From NCBI GenBank assembly GCA_021613535.1, contig CP075493.1, positions 13,702,001-13,766,000 on the forward strand: a stretch of 64,000 nt of DNA, read 5' to 3'. Positions within the stretch are counted from its first letter, which is position 1; each line of letters starts with the position of its first letter. Position numbers and translations under genes: made by a program. Source of the stretch: Adineta vaga (Eukaryota > Animalia > Rotifera). Of the stretch, positions 12,928 to 25,487 are shown in pieces. The notes beneath the pieces are model-generated. The model saw nothing but the letters and a program-made list of their open reading frames with translations. It made no database searches and was not told the origin of the DNA.

Positions 12928-15900
12928 TTAAAAAACAACTCTTCTTGCTGGATATCCTTGATATTTTTCATATTTTTTTAAATGATCATCTTTCATAATT
13001 AATGTCAATGGATATAATATATTATTTCCATCTAAATGAGCACCAGATAGAACAATTGTATGTGGATACATGATTGTATTTTGACCAATTATACAAGATT
13101 TTAATTTGAATAAACGTTGTTCATATGTATGTGACTATAAAAGAGAAAATTTGTTTTAGTTGAAAAAGAAAATAAAACATACTTGAATATAAGCAAGATG
13201 TATTCGACAATTATCTTCAATAGTTACATATTTAAAATCATATAGAAGATGATAATCAGTGATAATTACATTTTGACCAATTTGACAACCCAAATAATTT
13301 AATAAAATAATATAAAATTGAGTGGATTCAAGAAATCGACCAATTAAAATGGAATATGATCGAATGAAATTTATTTTTATATTATTCATAAAATTGAATT
13401 GTTCATTGATGAATTTTTCAAATAAATAAACTAATATTGAATAAAATATTAGGAATAATAAAGAACTAATGAAAGGTATTGATGAACAAGATAAATATAT
13501 ATAAATAATTAAATATTTTTCAATACAAATTTGACATATTAATTGAAATATTGATTTTGATTTCATAGCCATTTTAATTCTATTCTTATCATTTTCATTT
13601 ATGACTAAAATAGAATAAGAATAAATCAAAAAAAATTCATTTGAAAAATTCATCTATCTTATTGTCTTTTGACGGAGTGGGTACCAAATCATATACTCTC
13701 TCAAGGTCTATAGATTTATCTTTCCTTCACACAAAAAACAAAATTCTATCAACATACTTTCTGGCAACTTGAATGGCATTTGTTTTGCTGGTATACCCAA
13801 TAGAATACGATTTGTTTCATTGCAATCAATTTCATTTGTTAAACGAGTTCCTGCTCCAATCATTGTATTATTAGATATCTTTGTTCCTGGATGTATTGTA
13901 CAACAATTTCCAATCATTGTATTATGATCAATTTGTATATCATCCGTTGAACAATAGAATGAATTTTCTGGATTTAAATTAAATGGTACAAATAAAACTT
14001 TGCCAACAGTTGTTAAATGATGATTTAGTTTCAATAAATTTGACGGATATTTTAAAAAGAAATTAAAATCCGCTATTTTTATTTGAGTTTGATCTTGAAT
14101 TATTGTACCTAACCATTGAAGTATTTTTGGATAGACATTATGATAACCATCAAAGAATTTAAATGAATAACCAAAACTATGAACAATTAATTGTCTTAAC
14201 CAAAATTTATGTACAAAATACCATGAATTCATATGAAAGCATCCTTTTTTAACATTACCAATACAATATTTTAATAAAATCAATGTGATTATAATGCATA
14301 GAAATGACCAGAGAATAAAACAAATTGAAAGAGAAAAAAAGAAATATATTTTTGAATAAAAACACATTTGAATAATTATTCCATGTAAACAAATAATAAA
14401 TATTAAACAAATCAATTGATAAAGACTTATTAATTTCGATTGATGAATGTTTTCATTAATAATTTGTTGATCATTTTGATTATGTTCATAACCATCAATA
14501 ATTACATGTGATTTAATATAACCAGTAACAGATGACATTGATTTAACAAAAACATTATTTTCCATATGAACACCATTGTATAACACTGATCGAATATCGA
14601 TTAAACAAGATGAACCAATTTGAATTCGATGAAGTTCATAAGTTGTTAGTTGATAAGATATTGATGTCATAACAACTTCAAATGATATGAATGTATTATC
14701 GTCAATATCTAGAAGTTCTGGTATATCAATTAATGTTGTATTAATAGAAACATTTTGTCCAATACGTGCACCACATAATCGTTAGGAATTATAATAAGAA
14801 GTACCAATTACATGTTCGAGCCAGAAGGAATTTAATTTCCATATTTGATGTATGAACCAGTAACGATAATATTTTAATGAAAATAAATTTTCTTTACCTT
14901 TACTTTGATTTCCACCTAAGAGATTTTTCCAAAAAATATAACTCATTAAATGCATAATTGGTACTAATATTAAATACAAAAAGATTGTTAAAAGACTATT
15001 ATTGGTTACATATGATGTTAAATTTGAAATGAAATATATTGGAAATAGAAAATTTACAACTAACATTATTACACCAATAGTTTCAATAATTAAATTTGGT
15101 TTCGGATATTGAATATCGTCATTAATCTCATTGTCTAGTTCAATAGATGATGATTCTATTAATGGTTGAAGAATCGTAGCTAATTGATGAATCGATGGAT
15201 TCGAATATAATAAATTAACATCCATATTAGCATAGATTTGTTCTCGAATTAATGTTAATAAATGCATTGCCATTAAAGAAGTTCCACCTAATTCAAAAAA
15301 GGATCGACAAATATTTATCGATGATGTTTTCGATAAATGAAACGATTCAATGAATAAATCATGTAATTTCTGTTCTAATTCAGTCGAACAAATTAATGAT
15401 CTTGGATCATTATTATCTTCAATTAATCGATCGAAATCTGGTTTTGGTAATTGTTTTCGATCGACTTTTCCATTTTGATTCAATGGAAATTGTTCCATAA
15501 ATATAAATAGAGATGGTATCATATATGGTGGTAAATATTCTTGACAATAATCTTTCATTATTTCATTTGTTAAATCTTTTGTATTTATTGTTTGAATATA
15601 ACCAATAAGATATTCATGATCATTACTTTTCATTACTAAACAATTACTGATGTGGAAAGACGACGATGATGATAATTTCATAATGATTTGTTCAATTTCA
15701 TTTAATTCAATTCTTTGACCACGTAATTTTATTTGAAAATCTTTTCGACCAATAAAATGAATCAAACCTTGTTTATCATATCGAACTAAATCTCCACTAC
15801 GATACCATTTCTCATTGTTTTGTTTATTTCCTATTTGGATGAGAACTTGTTGAGTTAGTTGTGATTGATTTAAATATCCAGAAAATACACCCTTTCCACC

Positions 15901-18900
15901 AATAAATAGTTCGCCAACAGAATCTGTTGGAATCTGTTGAAGATAATCATCGAGAATTAAACATTGATAACCAGGTAATGGTCGACCAATTGGAATTATT
16001 GAATGTTCATCTAGATTATCATAATTTGTAATCAATTGAATTGTACTAGTTATTGTTGTTTCTGCAGGCCCATAAAAATTATATAGATGACATTTTTCAT
16101 TCAGAAATGGAATGAGACTGTTTACTGTAGATGAATAAAGTTGTCCACCTCCTATTGAAACACGTTTAAGTGTTTGTAAGATATTTTGATTATTTCTCTG
16201 CCAATATTGACCTAATAATTTTGCGTAACTTGGTACCAAACTTATACGTGTAACTTGTTTTGATTGCATCAAATGTGATACATATTGAAAATCAAGATTT
16301 CCTTTGGAATGACATAAAACAAGTGTACCAGCAGAAGTTAATGTTCCTAAGATTTCTTCCATATGTACATCAAATGTACATTGTGATAATTGTAAATAAA
16401 TTACATTTGAATCGAATAATTTTGTTTCGAAATATGCATTTAGAGACAAGAGAAAATTTTCATGTTTTAATTGAATTATTTTTGGTATTCCAGTTGAACC
16501 TGATGTAAATATACAATAAGCGATAGAATGAGTTTTTATTGGAAATTCTTTCATTTTGAGATTTATTTGACTATTGAAATATATTTGTTCAATATTAATA
16601 AATGTACTTGATAATTCTGTTCGAATTTTGTCATCAAATTTATTTTCTGTTGATTGATGAATTAAAATATATTTCGATTTGGTTTCATTGATTAATAACA
16701 GTAAACGTTGTGGTGGATCATTTGGTGACAAAGGACAATAGATTCCACCACACATCAAGATCGATAAGATACCAATAATCATTTCAATTGATCGATCAAT
16801 ACATTGACAAACAATTTCTTCTGCTTTGATATCGAGTGAATGTGATACTAATTCAACATAATATAATAATTCACTATAAGTAAGTGATTGTTCATCTAAA
16901 ATGATGGATAATTTTTGTGAATATAATTGAGATTGATTAAGAAACAAATGATGAATATAATCAGATTTGAATTGATTTTTATAAGAATATGTTGGAAGAG
17001 TTAATCCATTTATTATTTCTTGTTCATATGGTAATATAAGCGATAATTCAATCATAGATTGTTGTTGTTTATTAAATGTTGAAGTAAATATTTGCTTTAA
17101 AAAGATCTCAAATCGTTGTGATATTTGTTCAATAGTTGAATGTTTAAATAAATCTGATGAATATTGAAATAGACAATTCATTGTATTTTCATATGAATCA
17201 AAATTAATAGTTAATAAAAAATCAAATTTCGAAATAAATAATTCATTTGTATCATTATTCATCAATGAAAATGTTTCAGTATTTGATAATGAATTAAATA
17301 GAAATGGTATGATTTCTGATATTAAAATTTGTTTTTCTCGATAAATTTCAACTATTTCTTGATAGGGTAAATATGAATATTCCATTATGTTAATAACTAT
17401 ATTTCGTATTTGTTTCATAGTTTTATCGAATGTTTCTTGCGGTTGTATTTGAATATGACATGGTAATATGTTAACAAACATTCCAATCATTGTTTCAAGT
17501 TCTTGTCGATAACGATTTGCATGAATTAAATGTAAACAAATATGTTTTTCATTATGAATTAATTTAAATAAAAATATGAAATAACAAGTTAAACATAATT
17601 GAAATAATGTTAATTTATATTGATTTGAATAAATAATCATTTCATTAATTAACTTTTCATCTAAATCTATTTTAACAAAGGAACCAAAACCAGATCTTTG
17701 TTTTTTACTTGATTTCAAATGATAATCATATGGTAGGGATAATTGATTATATTCAGTAGAATTTTCATTGAGCAATTTTAACCAAAAATCTTTTGCTTGA
17801 ATCATATTCATTTGTCTTTCATACTGTGCATAATCAATATAATTTAATGATTGTTCACTAAGATGAAATTTTTCATGATAGAAAACCATTTGAAAATCAT
17901 TTAAAAATATATCAAAAGAATAACCATCAAATGCAATATGATGAATATTAAATATTATATAGTCGTCATTATTCTTCACTTGTTTTATTAAATGACAACG
18001 AAATACAAGACCTTGTTTTAAATTAAAATAATTTGTCGTTTGTTCATTGTTCAAGATTTTCCTTAATTCATTTTCATAATCATCAACAATTGTGGTCATT
18101 TCAAATATATAACATGTCGATGTTAATGGTTGAATTCTTTGTTTTAAACAATTATCTTTTGATGAATAGATTAATGCTGTACGCAATACAGAATGTTTTT
18201 CAAGTAAAAATTCTAAACTTCTACGTAGATAATCAATTGATATTTCTTTTCCATGATCTTTCCTGATTTTATACAAATATGGCATATTATAAATTGCTAA
18301 TCGATTATTTTCATCTTCTTTTGAAAATCTCATCTGTTCATCTAACCAAATACGTTCTTGTGCATACGATGCTTCACCTTCAATTATATTTAATGTTTTC
18401 CAACAAACACTTTCTTCGAACACTCTATTCTTTGATAAAGATATCAGCTTTGCATGTTGTTTTATAGTTGATTCAACAAATAGTTCAGAAATTTGTCCAT
18501 TGAAATCGAATTTCATTTGATATTTTGAAAATAATTTCATTAATAACAAAGAATTTCCACCTAATGAAAAGAATGAGGTTGTCATCGATATTTTATCTCT
18601 CTCAAACATTTCACACCATATTTCATAGATTTCATTTTCTAATCGTGTTTTCGGTTCATCATTGAGGTCGTTTAACAATGTTAATAACAAATGATGATCT
18701 ATTGATAACAATTGTTTTCGATCGATTTTTCCATTTTGATTCAATGGAAATTGTTCCATAAATATAAATAGAGATGGTATCATATATTGCGGTAAATATT
18801 CTTGACAATAGTCTTTCATTATTTCATTTGTTAAATCTTTTGTATTTATTGTTTGAATATAACCAATAAGATATTCATGATCATTACTTTTCATTACTAA

Positions 18901-21900
18901 ACAATTACTGATGTGGAAGGACGACGATGATGATGATTTCATAATAATTTGTTCAATTTCATTTAATTCAATTCTTTGACCACGTAATTTTATTTGAAAA
19001 TCTTTTCGACCAATAAAATGAATCAAACCTTGTTTATCATATCGAACTAAATCTCCACTACGATACCATTTCTCATTGTTTTGTTTATTTCCTATTTCGA
19101 TGAGAACTTGTTGAGTTAGTTGTGATTGATTTAAATATCCACAAAATACACCCTTTCCACCAATAAATAGTTCGCCAACAGAATCTGTTGGAATCTGTTG
19201 AAGATAATCATCAAGAACTAAACATTGATAACCAGGTAATGGTCGACCAATTGGAATTGATGAGAAATGTAGATCATCTTTTGTAATTAAATGATATGTT
19301 GAATCGATAGTACATTCAGCAGGTCCATAAAGATTTATTAGCTGACAACTGCTAGGAAGATAGTTGAATAGTTTTCTCACAAGTTCACTCTTAATTGCTT
19401 CACCTAAAATATATACAGTACGTAGGTTTTTGTGAACAATAAGATAGTTAGTTTAAATACCTGAAGAGCAGCATATTCGAAGAGATTGAAAACACTGCAA
19501 ATCAGTATTCTCTGATGTTTTCTGTCGTTCTATTAAATAATCAATTAGAATGTTGAAATGCGTCGGAACACTGTGCATATAAGTTGCTTGATGACAATCG
19601 ATGGTTTTCGCTAAATAACTCAAATCTAAATTTCCATTCGGTTTCAGCATAATTAAACATGAACCAATTACTAAACTGCCTAATATTTCTTGAACATGAA
19701 TATCAAATGAACAAGGAGTTATTTGTAACATTGTATCTGAACTATTGAACATATTGAGTTGATTTAAAATTCGAATACAAAAAACGAAATTTCTATGAGA
19801 AATTTGAGCCTATCAATGGAAACAACGGTATTAACGATTATATTACAACTAAAAAAGTTATGTAAACATACGCCTTTAGGTAGACCAGTTGAACCTGATG
19901 TAAATATACAATAAGCAATATCTTCGATTATTTGTTTATGTGACAACAACTCAAAATCATGTTTACTGTTGTTGTTCATTAATATTTCGTGTTGAATATT
20001 GATACAGTTTGTTTTGGAAAATAGTTCATTAAATTTTCGTTTTGTAAGTTCATGATAAAGAACATGCTTTGCTTTTGTCTCATTAATTAATGAAAATAAA
20101 CGTTGTTGTGGATCATTTGGTGACAAAGGACAATAGATTCCACCACACATCAAGATCGACAAGATACCAATAATCATTTCAATCGATCGATCAATACATT
20201 GACAAACAATTTCTTTTGCTTTGATATCAAGTGAATGTGATAGTAATTCAACATAATATAATAATTCACTATAAGTAAGTGATTGTTCATCTAAAATGAT
20301 TGATAATTTTTGTGAATATAATTGTGATTGATCAAGAAATAAATGATGGATAGGTCGAATTTGATCAAGAGATCGTTCTGATCTGATGTTGCTGCTGATG
20401 GATTAAGCTGATCAATGAGTTGTTGTTCATGTGGTAAAATAATAGATAATTCATAGATCGATTGTTTTTGTCGATGAAATAATTGTCTGAGTAACAAATG
20501 AAATCGTTGTGATATTTCCATAATAATTTCATGTTGAAATACATCAATTGCATATTCAAATGAAATATCTATATGATTTTTCTCCAAATAATGATTAATA
20601 TTTAATGTTAAATCAAATTTCGTTATATTTATTTGTTGTTTATTATTTATTTTCTCATCATAATTTTCTAAAGTAGTGTTTTCAGCAATCTTAAATGTTG
20701 ATTGATTTTGAATTTCATGAAATAAAAATATTGTTTGAATAAAAGGTAGAGATTGCTGTTGAACATGAGAATGAAGTTTGAGAATTTCTTGATAAGGTAA
20801 ATATCCATGTTGTAGGATATCAAATAATAATGATTGAATTTGTTTTAAAATCTCATCAAATATTTGTGCTGGTTCAATTTGAAAACGAAATGGTAATGTA
20901 TTAACAAACATTCCAATCATTGATTGTGTTTCATAATGATAACGATTTGCATTGAGAAAACCAATACATAAATCTTGTTGTTGTGTCAATTTATATAAAA
21001 ATATAAAGTAACAAGTTAACATCAATTGAAATAATGTACATTGAGTTTGTTTTGAATATTTGAGAATTTCTTCAATTAAATCATTTTCGAGTGAAATGTT
21101 AATATGAGAACCAAAACCGGATCTTTGTTTTGATGCTTTTTTTATTTGATTCGAAGTTGAGAGTAAATTTAGTTGTTGACTCGAATCATAATTATTTAAT
21201 AAATTTGTCCAAAAGTTTCTCGCATTTGTCATATCCATATCTCGTTCGTGTTGTGAATAATCAATGTAATGAAATTCTGTTTTCTCAAGATCTTCATTTT
21301 CATATGCAAGTTGAAAATCCTTGGAAAATATTTCTCGAGAATAACCATCAAATGCGATATGATGAATATTAAATATAATAAAATCATTTTCAATTAAGTC
21401 GACTTCATCATTGTTTTCTTCTTCTTCTTCTTCTTGTTGGTATTTGATCAGATGACAACGAAATACATGTCCTTTTTGCAGATTAAAATAATTTGATTTT
21501 CTTGCATCTATTAGAATGTGATTTAATTCATCTTGATTATCTATTCTTTGGATTAGAAAATCATACGGTTTAAATGTCAATGGTTCCACTCGTTGTATCA
21601 GACATTCTTTTTCTTCATTATACCAAAGACTTGAGCGTAATACATCATGTTTTGTTAGTATACATTCAATTGCAATTTTTAACTTCTCAATCGATATTTT
21701 ACCTTGTTTTACTCGAAATATTATTGGCATATTATAAACTGCTAATCGATTTTTTTCATCTTCTTTTGAAAATCTCATCTGTTCATCTAACCAAATACGT
21801 TCTTGTGCATACGATGCTTCACCTTCAACAATATTTAATGTTTTCCAACAAACAGTTTCTTCGAACAATCTATTCTTGGATAAAGACACCAGTTTTGCAT

Positions 21901-24900
21901 GTTGTTTTATAGTTGATTCAACAAATAGTTCAGAAATTTGTCCATTGAAATCGAATTTCATTTGATATTTTGAAAATAATTTCATTAATAATAAAGAGTT
22001 TCCACCCAATGAGAAGAATGATGTTGTCATCGATATTTTATCTCTCTCGAACATTTCACACCATATTTCAGAGATTTCATTTTCTAATTGTGTTTTCGGT
22101 TCATCATTGAGATCGTTTAACGATGTTAATAACAAATGATGATCTATTGATAACAATTGTTTTCGATCGACTTTTCCATTTTGATTCAATGGAAATTGTT
22201 CCATAAATATAAATAAAGATGGTATCATATATTGTGGTAAATACTCTTGACAATAATCTTTCATTATTTCGTTTGTTAAGTCTTTTGTATTTATTGTTTG
22301 AATATAACCAATAAGATACTCATGATCATTACTTTTCATTACTAAACAATTACTGATGTGGAAAGAGGACGATGATAATTTCATAATAATTTGTTCGATT
22401 TCATTTAATTCAATTCTTTGACCACGTAGTTTTATTTGAAAATCTTTTCGACCAATAAAATGAAGCAAACCTTGTTTATCATATCGAACTAAATCTCCAC
22501 TACGATACCATTTCTCATTGTTTTGTTTATTTCCTATTTGGATGAGAACTTGTTGAGTTAGTTGTGATTGATTTAAATATCCAGAAAATACACCCTTTCC
22601 ACCAATAAATAGTTCTCCAACAGAATCTGTTGGAATCTGTTGAAGATAATCATCAAGAACTAAACACTGATAACCAGGTAATGGTTGACCAATTGGAATT
22701 GATGAGAAATGTAGATCATCTTTTGTAATTAAATGATATGTGGAACCAATGGTACATTCTGAAGGACCATAGAAATTAAATATATGGCAGTTGGGTGATA
22801 GATATTCCATTATCTTTTCTACAGTCTTTCCTAGGACAGTTTCTCCTTGAAGAAAGAAAATTTAAGTTCGGAAATAGATTTGGTTTTTATCTTGTGTACT
22901 TACCTCCAGTGAGTAAACATCGTAGGGTGTTAAGCATATTTTTAGGATTGGCATTATACAGAGTTTCTATATATTGACATAACAGTAGCAACACAGATGG
23001 TACTAAGAAGATAAATGTAATTGTTTTCTGTTCAATTAAATCGACTAAATAATTGATATTTAAATGACCATGTCTATGTAGCATTATAATAGTTGCTCCA
23101 AAGGTTAAACTACCCAATATATCTAGTAGATGAAAATCAAATGAACATTGTGATATTTGAAGAACCATATCATTCGAGTTTAGCATATTAGAAAGCTTGA
23201 ATGATTCTCTTATCACTGTAAAATTTTTATGAGTAAATTGACCCTAAAACAATAGTGAAAAAGAAATAAGAATTTATGTACATCCAATTTGGACAATAAT
23301 CTGATAATCGATCTATATCTGAGTATTGTCGTATGTTTTCTATCTTACCGCTTTTGGTAGTCCAGTTGAACCTGAAGTAAATAAAATATACGCAACATCA
23401 TCTTCCGATATATTTATATTCGTCAAATTATTGGCTTTTATCATGGAAAATCTTCCATCAAAGATAACTTGTTCAATGGAAATGAACTGAAATGTTTGAT
23501 TATTTTCATGTTCATAATGTACAGTATTGAACTTTTCTTGTGATAAATAATGAACAAGAATACAAGTCGAGTTTGTCTCTTTAATTAATGAAAATAAACG
23601 TTGTTGTGGATCATTGGATGACAAAGGACAATAGATTCCACCACACATCAAGATCGATAAGATACCAATAATCATTTCAATTGATCGATCAATACATTGA
23701 CAAACAATTTCTTTTGCTTTGATACCAAGTGAATGTGATACTAATTCAACATAATATAATAATTCACTATAAGTAAGTGATTGTTCATCTAAAATGATGG
23801 ATAATTTTTGTGAATATAGTTGAGATTGATCAAGAAACAAATGATGAATAGGTTGAATTTGTTCAAGAGATCTTTTTGATGCTGATGTTGCTGCTGATGG
23901 ATTAAGCTGATCAATGAGTTGTTGTTCATGTGGTAAAATAATGGATAATTCATAGATTGATTGTTTTTGTTGATGAAACAATTGTTTGAGTAACAAATGA
24001 AATCGTTGTGATATTTCCATAATAATTTCATGTTGAAATAGATCAACTGCATATTCAAATTGAACGAATATTTTTCTTTGTTTTAGAATATCGTATTTTA
24101 TAACTAATGATAAATCAAATTGTGATAGACCAATATTGTCTTGATTATTATATATATCAGTTAATTTCTGTAATATTGTTTGATTATTATTTAAAAGAAA
24201 ATCAGTTTTTTCTACAATTGGCAAAAGTTGAAGAGTTGTTTGTATAAATGATAATAATGAATGATTTCTTTGAGAAAATTGAAGAATTTCTTGATAGGGT
24301 ACATGAGCATAATTCATTATTTGTAAAAATGTTGCTTTTAGTTTCTCAGCTATTTCTTCAAACGTCTGTTTTGGTTCAATTTGAAAACGAAATGGTAATG
24401 TATTAACAAACATTCCAATCATTGATTGTGTTTCATAATGATAACGATTTGCATTGAGAAAACCAATACATAAATCTTGTTGTTGAGTTAATTTATATAA
24501 AAATATAAAGTAACAAGTTAACATCAATTGAAATAAAGATAAATTCATTTGATTCATTTGTTGAATAATTTGTTCAACTAATTCTTCTTCTAATTCAAAA
24601 CTGATTAGTAATGCTAGACCTGATCGATCACCTTCAGTTTTTGACGATAAAGAAGAATATGGTATTGGTAATTTTTGATTAAAATCATAATTCGAAAATA
24701 AGTCTCTCCAAAATGAACTTAAATGATGATGATCATTTTTAAATAATTCTTCTTCATAAACACTATAATCAATATATTGTAAATCTTCTTTATGAAAATA
24801 ATTTCCATCCAGATTATCATAAAAAGATTTTAAACTATTTAATAATAAAAGAAATGATGAAGCATCAAAAACAATATGATGTAAATTCAACATAATAATA

Positions 24901-25424
24901 TCATCTTTATTAAGTGTATCATTATCATTATTATTTAATTTTATTATATGACATCGTAGAACAAAACCATTATCCAAATCAAAATAATTTCTTTTCCATT
25001 CATTAGACAACAATTCTTTTATAAATTCATCATTCATTTTATCATATGTTGTTAGTTGAAATAAGTAATATTCATCATGTTCAATGTCATCTAATTTATT
25101 TGGTAGTAATTTAATATGTTGTTCTAAATGATTAGTATTTGAATTATATTTATATGCTGTTCGTAAAACGGAATTATATTTAATTACATTTAATAATGCG
25201 AAACGAAAACGTTGAATAGATAAAGTACCATGATTGATTTGAAATATTGCTGGAACATTATAAACTGGTGATGTTTGATGAAAATAAAGTTTTTCATGTA
25301 ACCAAATACGTTGTTGAGCATAGGAAGCATTAGCTTTTGTTAAATTTGTTTTCTTTATTTTTATATTTTTAGCTGATGTTTCATTTGTAATGATACGCTT
25401 TCGTTTGATTGCGGCGATATTCAT
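12928..25424 (-). CDS. Three-module NRPS (C-A-T)x3 with a C-terminal Pls/PosA-type membrane domain, 7 exons, about 4000 aa; one frameshift and one in-frame stop as assembled
   Basis: Exons 25424-23349, 23243-22904, 22845-19872, 19809-19461, 19403-13758, 13604-13183 and 13134-12928, all joined by GT-AG introns. C motifs HHIVFDA, HHIAFDG, HHIAFDG; A motifs TSGSTGxPK, YGPxE, YRSGDL, NGKxDR; T motifs LGGNSL, LGGNSL, LGGTSL. The tail has TM helices, hexapeptide repeats and ends QSHTYEQRLFK...YQGYPARRVVF*. Lesions at 20382/20383 (-1 nt) and 14782-14784 (TAA). Confidence 0.9.
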
Positions 25425-25480
25425 TGTTTTATTTTTACACTTCGGAAAAGAAATTTTTACTCTATTAAATGCAATTGATT

Positions 25481-25487
25481 ATTTATA
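25481..25487 (-). promoter_or_regulatory. Candidate TATA box of the NRPS gene
   Basis: TATAAAT on the minus strand about 57 nt upstream of the ATG at 25424; weak evidence in AT-rich DNA. Confidence 0.3.

Noticed and set aside
13640-13757. Shorter intron using the AG at 13708
   Set aside because: It leads to a TGA after 23 codons. The acceptor at 13605 keeps the frame into the third Pls-type repeat.
10173-24058. Short alternate-frame and antisense ORFs inside the PKS and NRPS (e.g. 10173-10427, 12364-12618, 21574-21912, 23789-24058)
   Set aside because: Shadow ORFs of long coding regions. Their mutual similarity only reflects the module repeats.
3479-25424. Treating the cluster as bacterial contamination, or as about 12 separate genes
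   Set aside because: Nine GT-AG introns restore continuous catalytic motifs in the correct phase, and the neighbouring genes are metazoan in type.
25350-25424. NLS-like KRKR at the NRPS N-terminus
   Set aside because: Lys-rich stretches are expected from AT-rich codons, and the protein is predicted to be membrane anchored.
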